A stretch of 24,797 nt of DNA. Source: an uncultured Oligoflexus sp. Lineage in GTDB: Bacteria; Bdellovibrionota_B; Oligoflexia; Oligoflexales; Oligoflexaceae. The position numbers and the translations under genes are program-made. Numbering within the stretch: position 1 is the stretch's first letter; the number at the start of each line of letters is the position of its first letter. Below, one piece after another: positions 1 to 7,921 of this stretch. The notes beneath the pieces were generated by a model. The model searched no databases, had not been told where the DNA came from, and worked only from the letters and a program-made list of their open reading frames with translations. The DNA is taken from NCBI GenBank assembly GCA_964236955.1, contig CAXSGP010000071.1, positions 1 through 24,797 of the forward strand. The letters are read 5' to 3'.

Positions 1-8
1 GCGTTACT

Positions 9-49
9 GGGGATGTTCGACGTTGGCGTAGCCAAACGTCAACAGCCCC
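9..49. repeat. Imperfect ~19-bp inverted repeat (hairpin) upstream of dtd
   Basis: GGGGATGTTCGACGTTGGC (9-27), loop GTA, GCCAAACGTCAACAGCCCC (31-49). The reverse complement of the right arm is GGGGCTGTTGACGTTTGGC. Confidence 0.6.
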
Positions 50-84
50 TACTATAGTGGCGAAGCCAAGCAGAAGGAAAACCT

Positions 85-561
85 ATGAAAGCACTGATCC
101 AAAGGGTCCTCGCCGCATCGGTCACCGTGGAGGGGGCAACAGTGGCAGCAATCGACAGGGGCCTGCTTGTCCTGCTCGGCGTTGCCCAGGGTGACAGCGC
201 TGAAGATGCCCGGTATCTCGCCGAAAAGATCTGCCATCTTCGCATTTTTTCCAACGAAGACGGCAAATTCGATCGAGCCTTAAGCGATGGTGAAGGGGCT
301 GTCCTTCTCGTGTCGCAATTCACCCTGCTTGCCGATTGCAGCAAGGGTCGTCGGCCCAACTTTCAAAAAGCCGCCAAAGCCGCCGAAGCCTTGCGCCTCT
401 ATCGCCTGTTAGCTGAGACAATTCAAAACTTTGGCATCGTCTGTGCCACTGGGCAGTTTCAAGCGCATATGAACGTGAACCTATGCAACGATGGTCCCGT
501 TACCCTCCTGCTGGAATCACGCGGGACCTCATCGAGTTCCCCAAAGTCATGCGAAGGGTAG
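85..561 (+). CDS. dtd: D-aminoacyl-tRNA deacylase
   Basis: MKALIQRV N-terminus, SQFTL motif and NDGPVT (Gly-cisPro) motif. AAGGA RBS upstream of the ATG. Confidence 0.96.
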   Translation: MKALIQRVLAASVTVEGATVAAIDRGLLVLLGVAQGDSAEDARYLAEKICHLRIFSNEDGKFDRALSDGEGAVLLVSQFTLLADCSKGRRPNFQKAAKAAEALRLYRLLAETIQNFGIVCATGQFQAHMNVNLCNDGPVTLLLESRGTSSSSPKSCEG

Positions 562-588
562 CAGGGAAAAAGACTCAGGCAAAAACAT

Positions 589-618
589 AAAAAAAAAGGC
601 CTCCCACCGGAAAGCCTT
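589..618 (-). terminator. Intrinsic terminator of the DHH gene
   Basis: Minus strand reads AAGGCTTTCC-GGTG-GGAGGCCTT followed by a long T run, just after the stop at 624. Confidence 0.8.
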
Positions 619-623
619 GTGAC

Positions 624-1829
624 TCAATCACCATTCGATTCAGAATCATCGATCCCGATCTTGTTGTAAAAGAGTTCGTCAATCGTCTTTTTAATAAGAA
701 TCCATAAGAGTTCCTTATCGGAACACTTGCCAAAGACGCCAAGTGGAATTTGGAAGCCACCCTTATCCTTGCGCCCGCCACCATAATAAACGCCATGCTG
801 GTCTTGGCCAAACACGTCCTTTATCCATTTGTCGGGATCGAGCGTGTGCGACTTGGTGCGGAGTGACCCATCGACGAATTCGCCGCCAACCACTCCATAT
901 ACGACCACGGTATCAATGCCTTCCCGGTTGAGAAGATAATCGGCGCATTGGCCGATACCATCGCGATCCTCGTCGCGAACATAGCCGACGCCTGAGAACA
1001 TAAAGGTGCCGCGAATATCTTTTCTTTGCAAAGCGATCTGCGTCAGATCCATTGTTTTTGCAGGAATCGACTGCCGCGAAATCAACGCTAGCAAATCTTT
1101 ATCAACATAGCGGGATAAAAGCTCACTCGCCTTATAATCGAGCGGCGTGGCATTGACGAAGTTATCAGTATCGGTGCGCACCCCATGCATCAGGGCCGTG
1201 GCAATCTTCGCCTCTTCCAACGAATCACCGGAGAAACCAAAGCGAGGGTGGGCCAGATATTCGCCGTAGATCGCCGAGGTTGATCCGACGTTTTCGCGAA
1301 TATCGAGAAAGTGCGACTTAATCGTGCCGAGCTTACGATGATGATCGACAAAGACCAGAAGTTCGCAGGTTTCCGGCAGTTTGATCGGCAATTCGGTATT
1401 CTGCGAATCGTTTACCGCATAATAATCATAGGACGAATAATCAAACTGATCGTTGTATTCTTCGATATCCAGGTCAAGCTTTTTCACAAGCGCCCGATTC
1501 TCGTGATGCGAGATCTGCTCAAAGTGTAAAATCGTCGATTGAATGTCGAACTGAACAGCCATGTAGGCAAGGGCCAGCGAGGTCGCGATGTTATCGGGAT
1601 CGGGATAGCCCTTGATACAGATCAATAAACGCTTGCCTGAAGCTTTCTCAAGTATTTCGATCAGTTCTTCGGTTCGTGTCTTCTTCTCAGTTTTCTGAGC
1701 TTCGACTACCGAGTCCGACTCAAGCAAATCAGCATCGGAGTTGCTGAGTTCCTTTTGGGCTCGAACCTTTTTTTTGAGGCTGATTAACTCAGCTTCTTTG
1801 TCTTTGAAGCGTGGATCTGGATTACTCAA
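624..1829 (-). CDS. DHH-family phosphoesterase (NrnA/exopolyphosphatase-related) with charged N-terminal extension
   Basis: Motifs PDPDNIATS, VDHH, GSTSAIY, HGVRTDT, SLR and GGGR. TTG start preceded by AAGGAG. Confidence 0.88.
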   Translation of the reverse strand: MSNPDPRFKDKEAELISLKKKVRAQKELSNSDADLLESDSVVEAQKTEKKTRTEELIEILEKASGKRLLICIKGYPDPDNIATSLALAYMAVQFDIQSTILHFEQISHHENRALVKKLDLDIEEYNDQFDYSSYDYYAVNDSQNTELPIKLPETCELLVFVDHHRKLGTIKSHFLDIRENVGSTSAIYGEYLAHPRFGFSGDSLEEAKIATALMHGVRTDTDNFVNATPLDYKASELLSRYVDKDLLALISRQSIPAKTMDLTQIALQRKDIRGTFMFSGVGYVRDEDRDGIGQCADYLLNREGIDTVVVYGVVGGEFVDGSLRTKSHTLDPDKWIKDVFGQDQHGVYYGGGRKDKGGFQIPLGVFGKCSDKELLWILIKKTIDELFYNKIGIDDSESNGD

Positions 1830-1884
1830 AGCTTAACTCCTTTCCGCCTGGCGCGCTCGTCGCTGCGGAGATGTCGCTTCCTTC

Positions 1885-1893
1885 ATTATATCA
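1885..1893 (-). promoter_or_regulatory. Extended -10 promoter (TGnTATAAT) for the DHH gene
   Basis: Minus strand TGATATAAT about 55 nt upstream of the TTG start. No convincing -35. Confidence 0.6.
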
Positions 1894-1912
1894 CTCTCAT
1901 CCGAACTTACAT

Positions 1913-3109
1913 CTAAGATAAGTAGGCCAAAATTGCCTTCGGTGTTGGGAAGCGCTTGAATGTGAAGACTTTGACTGCCGGAGCTTCGGCCTGCCCAAGC
2001 CATTCGCCTAATTTGTCACGCGGCAAAAGTTCCGCCGCCACCCCCAGGATCAAGGCCTTGCCCGTACCCGCACGCATCGCTTCAAGCCGCTGTTTTAGTT
2101 GAACTTCGTGCCATTTATGAAAGAGTTCCAGGTGAATTTTTTGCCCCCTGGCATCGGCAAAGGAAATATCGGGAACTGAGTAGCATTGCTGGCCGAGGTT
2201 TAAAATATCTTCCCCCTCCATCGCCGTCCAGCCCTTCCGCTGCGCCGTCGTGAGGCTATTAAAAATGTCTATAAATTCCTTAAACTCGGCAGGAATATAA
2301 CCCTTGAAACTGCCGTAGTGACTTTTGATAGGTTTGCTCGAGTCGAGATCGAGCACCAGGGTCTTTTCCAAAATCTTAATTTCAGCCTTTATAGCCCATT
2401 TATCCATCAGTAAAATGTTGGGAAAGAAATTGCTGAGGCGGCTGCCATAGGTCGCACTCTTGTCAAAGAGCGAGAGAGGGCCCGACAGATCGATCTTTAA
2501 GCTGTCCTGCGAATCATCGATTTCAGCCAACAAACGCCAGAACTTTAAGCGCTGCAGAAAGCGCCGCTTCTTTACGGGATCCTTATCAGAGACGATAATA
2601 CTCAGCGTTCGTGAACGCAGGATAAGCCCCTGCACCTGGGCGGCATTGTAACGATGAATAAGATCGGCTGGATCGATGGGATCAAAGGCCTGAATGACTC
2701 GAAATTCCGGAAGATCACCATAAAGCTGCCCTTCAAGCTGGCCAAAGTCCATCGCTACCGATTGGGCAAGCGTCGCTTGAAATTCCGCGATGCCCATCAC
2801 CTTGGAATGCCTAAGTTCTCTCGCCTTGCTAAAAAGATCCCAGCGCCGGCCTTCGAGTTCCGTCTCCGAATCGGCAAATTCGCAGCGATCCTCCAGCAGT
2901 TTATTCAAGCCATTAAAAAGCACCGACATGCCTTTCGGATGGCATTTTATCTTTTCAAGAAGATCCTGCTGCTTCTGCTGCTTCGAAGCGCCGTATAAAT
3001 CGACGAGAAATCGCCCCAATACCAAGGCTTCGGCATCGTTTGGCTTCACGTACTTCGGAAAGATTTTATCCGCCCGAACTGTGTACTTGAGAAGGTCTTT
3101 GGTAAGCAT
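1913..3109 (-). CDS. DUF790 / Bax1-like nuclease (PD-(D/E)XK fold)
   Basis: N-terminus MLTKDLLKY (start reassigned to the ATG at 3109 instead of 3214). Motifs LYGDLP, LIHRYNAAQVQGL, LSGPLSLF..YGSRL, and C-terminal VPDISF...HLELFHKW. Confidence 0.88.
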   Translation of the reverse strand: MLTKDLLKYTVRADKIFPKYVKPNDAEALVLGRFLVDLYGASKQQKQQDLLEKIKCHPKGMSVLFNGLNKLLEDRCEFADSETELEGRRWDLFSKARELRHSKVMGIAEFQATLAQSVAMDFGQLEGQLYGDLPEFRVIQAFDPIDPADLIHRYNAAQVQGLILRSRTLSIIVSDKDPVKKRRFLQRLKFWRLLAEIDDSQDSLKIDLSGPLSLFDKSATYGSRLSNFFPNILLMDKWAIKAEIKILEKTLVLDLDSSKPIKSHYGSFKGYIPAEFKEFIDIFNSLTTAQRKGWTAMEGEDILNLGQQCYSVPDISFADARGQKIHLELFHKWHEVQLKQRLEAMRAGTGKALILGVAAELLPRDKLGEWLGQAEAPAVKVFTFKRFPTPKAILAYLS

Positions 3110-4490
3110 GGTGATTTCTACGTCTGTTGTTGATGTGAATTTCATTGGTATCCTTCGACACCACCTCATAAAGAACAGCCCGTTTGCCTTCCTGATGCCG
3201 CAGTATACGCCCAAGGCGCTGCACGTGTTCGCGAACCGCTCCGCTGCCCGAGATCACAATGCCGATGCTGGCTTCCGGAACATCGACGCCTTCGTTGAGA
3301 ACCTTCGAGGTGACGAGGACATCGATGCTGCCGCTGCGAAAGGCTTCCAGCATTTTTTTACGCTCTTTGGGTTTGGTCAAATGCGTGAGCACGGGGAGCA
3401 CATATTGTCTGCCGATGTGATAGGCCGTAGCGTTGTCATTGGTGAAGACGATAATGCGCTCGCCAGGATGCGCCTGGAGAATACGCCAAAGTTCGATGAT
3501 CTTTCCCTCGCCCGACTGCGCCAGTGACTTTTGCTCGCGATAGGCTTGCATCGCGGCCTTGCCACCGGGCATCACCGCCGCTTTCCGAATAAAATTCTTC
3601 CAGCCATCGGGCGCGGAAAAATCCACTCCGGCCGACCGCACAAACTTCGTATAGATGGCGCGAGCGCTTTGATAGCGGGCTTTTTCGTCTTCGGTCAGTG
3701 GCACTTCGATATTGACCACATCATAAGGCGACAAAACATTGGCCACCATCTCGCGTATCTGACCCTCAAAGCAAAGATTGCCAACGATCTGATAGAGCAA
3801 GTCCTCTTTGCCATCGGCGCGTTCCACCGTTGCCGATAGCCCTAGCCGAAAGGGGGCGATCGCTGCTTTGGCTATCATTTGATACTGAGTGGCAGGCAAA
3901 TGATGGCATTCGTCAAAAATAAGGAGTCCAAAGCGATTGCCTATCATCTCGACCATAAGCGTGGCCGTATCATAGGTGGCCACCGATAGGGACTCGAGCG
4001 ACTTCCAGCCGCCTCCGAGCAGGCCGATCGGCGCCTCAAAATACCTCTGGAGAACACTCTGCCACTGCAATAGCAAATCGATTGTCGGGACGACGATGAG
4101 CGTCGGACGCTTGGTCTTGGCAATGGCCATGACCGCAAGGATAGTTTTCCCGGCCCCCGTCGGCAGGCACACCACCCCGCGCGAGTTTTGCTTGTTCCAG
4201 GCCGTCAGGGCCTGATCCTGATGCTCGCGCGGCACGACTGCCAGCTTCAGATCAACAGGCATTGCCTGATAGTCACGCGCTTGATCAAGAAGCGGAAGTT
4301 TTTCCCTGAGAGCCTCAAGAATGATTTCGCGGTAATAGTAGGCCGGCGCTCGCCAGGACTTGGTACGTGCATCAAAGTGAAAGCCAGGCAGAAGCTCTCC
4401 GAGCTTTGATTGCGGCGGCTCTAAGACCAGCGTACCCATTTCAAACTTCAGGACTGTCGTTGCCAAGGTCGCTTCTGCTTCCACTTTCAC
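3066..4490 (-). CDS. SF2 DEAH helicase, archaeal-type XPB (Rad25-like)
   Basis: Q motif PREHQ, Walker A LPTGAGKT, DECHH, SAT, LNEGVDVP and QRLGRILR. Short N-terminal FDARTKSWRAPAYYY segment resembles the damage-recognition domain. The GTG start at 4490 is uncertain. Confidence 0.9.
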   Translation of the reverse strand: MKVEAEATLATTVLKFEMGTLVLEPPQSKLGELLPGFHFDARTKSWRAPAYYYREIILEALREKLPLLDQARDYQAMPVDLKLAVVPREHQDQALTAWNKQNSRGVVCLPTGAGKTILAVMAIAKTKRPTLIVVPTIDLLLQWQSVLQRYFEAPIGLLGGGWKSLESLSVATYDTATLMVEMIGNRFGLLIFDECHHLPATQYQMIAKAAIAPFRLGLSATVERADGKEDLLYQIVGNLCFEGQIREMVANVLSPYDVVNIEVPLTEDEKARYQSARAIYTKFVRSAGVDFSAPDGWKNFIRKAAVMPGGKAAMQAYREQKSLAQSGEGKIIELWRILQAHPGERIIVFTNDNATAYHIGRQYVLPVLTHLTKPKERKKMLEAFRSGSIDVLVTSKVLNEGVDVPEASIGIVISGSGAVREHVQRLGRILRHQEGKRAVLYEVVSKDTNEIHINNRRRNHHAYQRPSQVHSSGG

Positions 4491-4749
4491 GCTCTCTTCC
4501 CATTTCTTCTTCGAGTTTTTGGTCGGCTCTCATCACTTTGAAAAAGAGTCGCTCAGCAAGCAAAGCGCCGCCAAACACAAAGGAAGCGCCAATACTGATC
4601 GTAAAACCGGCCTGCAGCCAGAACGGGGGAAGATCGCTTGAAAAGCGCTGCACCAACCAGATGTTGCCCAGAACTATCATGACGATGAAACTCGCCGCGA
4701 TAAGCTTAGTCCAGAGCGATTTTTTCCAGCTATCCGCAGACGTCAGCAT
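4441..4749 (-). CDS. Small hypothetical membrane protein with two predicted TM helices
   Basis: Hydrophobic stretches LIAASFIVMIVLGNIWLV and AGFTISIGASFVFGGALLA, with an acidic tail. GAGG upstream of the ATG. Its 3' end overlaps the helicase start. Confidence 0.65.
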   Translation of the reverse strand: MLTSADSWKKSLWTKLIAASFIVMIVLGNIWLVQRFSSDLPPFWLQAGFTISIGASFVFGGALLAERLFFKVMRADQKLEEEMGRERESGSRSDLGNDSPEV

Positions 4750-4797
4750 CCAGAGGCCTCTTAAATCTTAAATTACAATAAAATCAACATTTTAAAT

Positions 4798-4826
4798 AAA
4801 AAACGCCCAGAGGCGTACCCCTGGGC
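4798..4826 (-). terminator. Intrinsic terminator after the beta-barrel gene
   Basis: Minus strand GCCCAGGGG-TACG-CCTCTGGGC, then G and TTTTTT. Confidence 0.75.
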
Positions 4827-4856
4827 TCAGATGATATCAGAAGTATCAGTCTTTTC

Positions 4857-5957
4857 TCAGAACTTGCCAGTTAGGCCAACTAATATATCCGTTTTCGAAC
4901 GATCTTCTTCGTTAGTCTTGACCTGGGGATCAACATATTTACCCATGGTCGATGCCAATCCGATGTATGGTCGATATAGCTTAGTAAATCCATCATAAAA
5001 AACGCCGGCCGCGAGGAGGCGTTCATTATCGTTAACATTGCCATCCGTGTTGGTCTCGATCTCGCTGCCGTCGGCGGCTTTGTTACCATCAAGGCCGGTG
5101 CTGGAAGCCAGGACGTAAGGTGTCCAGGCTCCTGTAAAGAACTCGCCATAGGCGACGATGCCTTGGATTTTGTTTTTGTGGTCTTCAGCTTTGCCGCTGA
5201 CCACGTTAACAAGCCTATCATTGCGCTCATCCATCACGTATTCGACAAAACCATCAAGGGTTTCATTTTTTGCACGAACGCCGGCACTGACGGTTTGGCT
5301 GTGGTTACGATCGTAGCGGGCCAATTGAAGGAGGGGCTGAATATCGCCAAACGCAGCTTGCCATTCCAAGACGATAGCCGGTTGCTTTTGAACTTCATAT
5401 GGGTTCCACGACTTACAAGTCGTTGGGGTGGCTGCTGTGCAGGCCGACGATGGATCAAAATAATCTTTGGCTAAAGCCACCGACCAGATTCCAGCCATCT
5501 TGTAGGTGGCTTCGATTGCTAGCTGATCTTTCAAGGGGTTAAAATTCAAAATTGCGGGACGATTGACGGCATTCCAGCCGTTCAAGAGTTTGCGGCTCCA
5601 GCCATAGGTTTTGATTTTTTGTTTACCGACGTTGATTTCCAGTACATCGGAAACCTTGTTCGTTAACCAAAAGCGCTCAAGAAAGTTATTGTCCAGTTGA
5701 TAGAGAAGATTCCAAGAAATCTCATCGGTGATCTTGCCGCGAATAGAAAGCTTGGCAGCTTTTGAGGCAAAATCGGTTTCTTTAACTTGAGTCGCCTCAG
5801 GTCTCAGACCATCATCGGTGCTAAATAGCTGAAAATGATACTCGGCTCCCACCTCAATTTCAGGAGAAATCTTGACTGGCTCAGCACTGCTTGCGCGACT
5901 GGCAAGTAATAGACCGCAAATACCAGCCCCGGCATTGATGAACTTCATTGGACTCAT
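4857..5957 (-). CDS. Putative outer-membrane beta-barrel / porin-like protein
   Basis: Signal-peptide-like N-terminus ending ASSA-EP. Alternating amphipathic strands rich in Y/W/F/G. C-terminal ...LVGLTGKF with terminal Phe. GAAGGGG RBS. Confidence 0.7.
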   Translation of the reverse strand: MSPMKFINAGAGICGLLLASRASSAEPVKISPEIEVGAEYHFQLFSTDDGLRPEATQVKETDFASKAAKLSIRGKITDEISWNLLYQLDNNFLERFWLTNKVSDVLEINVGKQKIKTYGWSRKLLNGWNAVNRPAILNFNPLKDQLAIEATYKMAGIWSVALAKDYFDPSSACTAATPTTCKSWNPYEVQKQPAIVLEWQAAFGDIQPLLQLARYDRNHSQTVSAGVRAKNETLDGFVEYVMDERNDRLVNVVSGKAEDHKNKIQGIVAYGEFFTGAWTPYVLASSTGLDGNKAADGSEIETNTDGNVNDNERLLAAGVFYDGFTKLYRPYIGLASTMGKYVDPQVKTNEEDRSKTDILVGLTGKF

Positions 5958-6085
5958 ATTAAACCCCTTCGATGATAGGCGAACCCTAGATAAAAAACTA
6001 TTTACACGAACTTTTCGAAGGGATCTTTACAATTCTAAAAATTAGACAAAAATTCTCATACATTATCTGTAAATTAATTAAAAGT

Positions 6086-7129
6086 TTATGACAAATTTAT
6101 AACCCTGTTAAGATGTGCAAGTCCTTGCGGCGTCAGCTCTCGGCCCCGTGATCCGCGACGTAAAAATCCCTGATGCAAAAGGAAAGGCTCATAGACATCT
6201 TCGATGGTCGCCCGTTCTTCACCTATCGTTGCTGCCAGTGCTTCAATGCCAACTGGCCCGCCCTGATAGCGCTCGTGCATAATGCGCATAATGCGTCGAT
6301 CCATCTTGTCGAGGCCAGCAGTATCAATATGAAGGCGATTTAAGGTCAGATCGACCAAGTCCTCATCGAGGCGATCCAATCCACCAAAATCAGCGAAATC
6401 GCGCACGCGCCGCAGAAGGCGATTGGCAATACGAGGCGTCCCCCGCGAGCGCTCGGCCAGCGCCCGGGCTCCCTCCGGCGTCAGTTCAAGGCCCCAGACC
6501 GCAGCGCTGCGCTTGAGGATAATGGCCAGGGAGTCGGCATCATAAAATTCAAGGTGTTCTTGGATCCCAAAGCGGCTCAACAGCGGCGCCGAGAGGCTTG
6601 CCATACGCGTCGTTGCACCGATCAGTGTGAAGGGATTGATCGGCATGCGAACGGTCCGAGCCGAAGGCCCCTGGCCTACCAAAATATCGACCGAGAAATC
6701 CTCCATGGCTGAATAAAGAATCTCTTCAACAGTGATCGGCAGGCGATGAATCTCGTCGATAAAGAGTACGCCTCCGGGCTCAATGCCAGCTAAAATTCCC
6801 GCGAGGTCGCCCGGTTTATCGATCGAAGGGCCACTGGTCTGATAGAAAGGCGACTCCAATTCGAAGGCAACGATCTTAGCTAAAGTCGTTTTACCCAAGC
6901 CGGGCGGTCCATGCAGTATGGTGTGATCAAGGGTGCGGCTCCGCATCTTTGCGGCTGAAACATAAACCTGAAGGTTGTTTTTAACGGCATCCTGTCCCGG
7001 ATAATCGGCAAAGCGATGCGGACGGATCTGCTGCTCAGCATGTTCTTCATGAACCAAGGCTCGCGTGTCGGTCAGTGCCGCCTCACCACGAAACCCATGC
7101 TCGAGAATCTTAATTTCTATTTTGTCCAT
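6086..7129 (-). CDS. ruvB: Holliday junction branch migration ATPase RuvB
   Basis: GPPGLGKTTLA, FIDEIHRL, LIGATTR, SRGTPRIANRLLRRVRD, GGPVG and EDVYEPFL. Confidence 0.98.
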   Translation of the reverse strand: MDKIEIKILEHGFRGEAALTDTRALVHEEHAEQQIRPHRFADYPGQDAVKNNLQVYVSAAKMRSRTLDHTILHGPPGLGKTTLAKIVAFELESPFYQTSGPSIDKPGDLAGILAGIEPGGVLFIDEIHRLPITVEEILYSAMEDFSVDILVGQGPSARTVRMPINPFTLIGATTRMASLSAPLLSRFGIQEHLEFYDADSLAIILKRSAAVWGLELTPEGARALAERSRGTPRIANRLLRRVRDFADFGGLDRLDEDLVDLTLNRLHIDTAGLDKMDRRIMRIMHERYQGGPVGIEALAATIGEERATIEDVYEPFLLHQGFLRRGSRGRELTPQGLAHLNRVINLS

Positions 7130-7143
7130 GATGATTGAACCCC

Positions 7144-7911
7144 TTAAAAGACGGAGTCATCCGAAAGCCCAAGGCTCTTGCTTGAACGCGGCGGCGTGGA
7201 AGCTGCGGAGGGCTTGGGTTTATGGCGTTCGACCTCAACGTTGCCCTGAGTCAATTCCTTTAGAGCCTGGCGCATCAGATCCTGCAGATCCTTAAATTCG
7301 CTCTGCTTGCGAAGCTTCAAGAGTAGGGGCTGGATGATCTTATCTTTATAGCCAAGATTTTCGAGAGCTGAATTTAAGTCCTCGAAGAGGATCTCCCGGC
7401 CCGATGGTGCCTCGCTCGCTGCGCCATGGCTAACGAGGGGATCAAAACCCTCGGCATCGAGTCGAACGAATTCCTCCTGAAGATCGAGTTGTTTGGCGGC
7501 TTGCAGGCGTGAGACCTTCGGACGCAGTTCGACCAGAATTTTTTCGGCCAATCGGGCTCCCACGCCAGGGACGCTTTCCAGTATCTTTGTATCATTTTTA
7601 GCCACCGCTCGCTCAATTGCGGCGAGGGTTAAGGTAGAAAGTATGGCCAGCGCGACTTTAGGTCCGACGCCAGCGAGACTGAGTAAAACCTCAAAGGTCT
7701 GCCGATCTTCATAGGTTCGAAAACCGAATAGGCGTAAGGCCTCTTCGCGCACATAGGTCGATATCCAGAGGCTGATTTTGCTGCCTACCCGCGGCAATTG
7801 ACAGAGCGTCGACAGGGGAATCTCAATGCCGTAGCCAATGCCCGATACATCGAGAATAATCCCCGTGGGTAGAGTCGCTGCAAAAGTACCGCTAAGGCGT
7901 TCAATATACAT
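7144..7911 (-). CDS. ruvA: Holliday junction branch migration protein RuvA (extended linker and C-terminal tail)
   Basis: DVSGIGY, YVREEALRLFGF, GVGPKVALAILS, VPGVGARLAEKILVEL and SALENLGY. Start reassigned to MYIERLSG at 7911. Confidence 0.93.
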   Translation of the reverse strand: MYIERLSGTFAATLPTGIILDVSGIGYGIEIPLSTLCQLPRVGSKISLWISTYVREEALRLFGFRTYEDRQTFEVLLSLAGVGPKVALAILSTLTLAAIERAVAKNDTKILESVPGVGARLAEKILVELRPKVSRLQAAKQLDLQEEFVRLDAEGFDPLVSHGAASEAPSGREILFEDLNSALENLGYKDKIIQPLLLKLRKQSEFKDLQDLMRQALKELTQGNVEVERHKPKPSAASTPPRSSKSLGLSDDSVF

Positions 7912-7921
7912 GGGGAAGCCT

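Noticed and set aside
3110..3214. Longer N-terminus for DUF790 in the ORF track
   Set aside because: It lies inside the helicase motif VI region. The family-like N-terminus begins at MLTKDLL (3109).
2790..3527. 245-aa plus-strand ORF
   Set aside because: It is entirely antisense to the well-supported helicase and DUF790 genes and has no recognisable motifs, so it is a shadow ORF.
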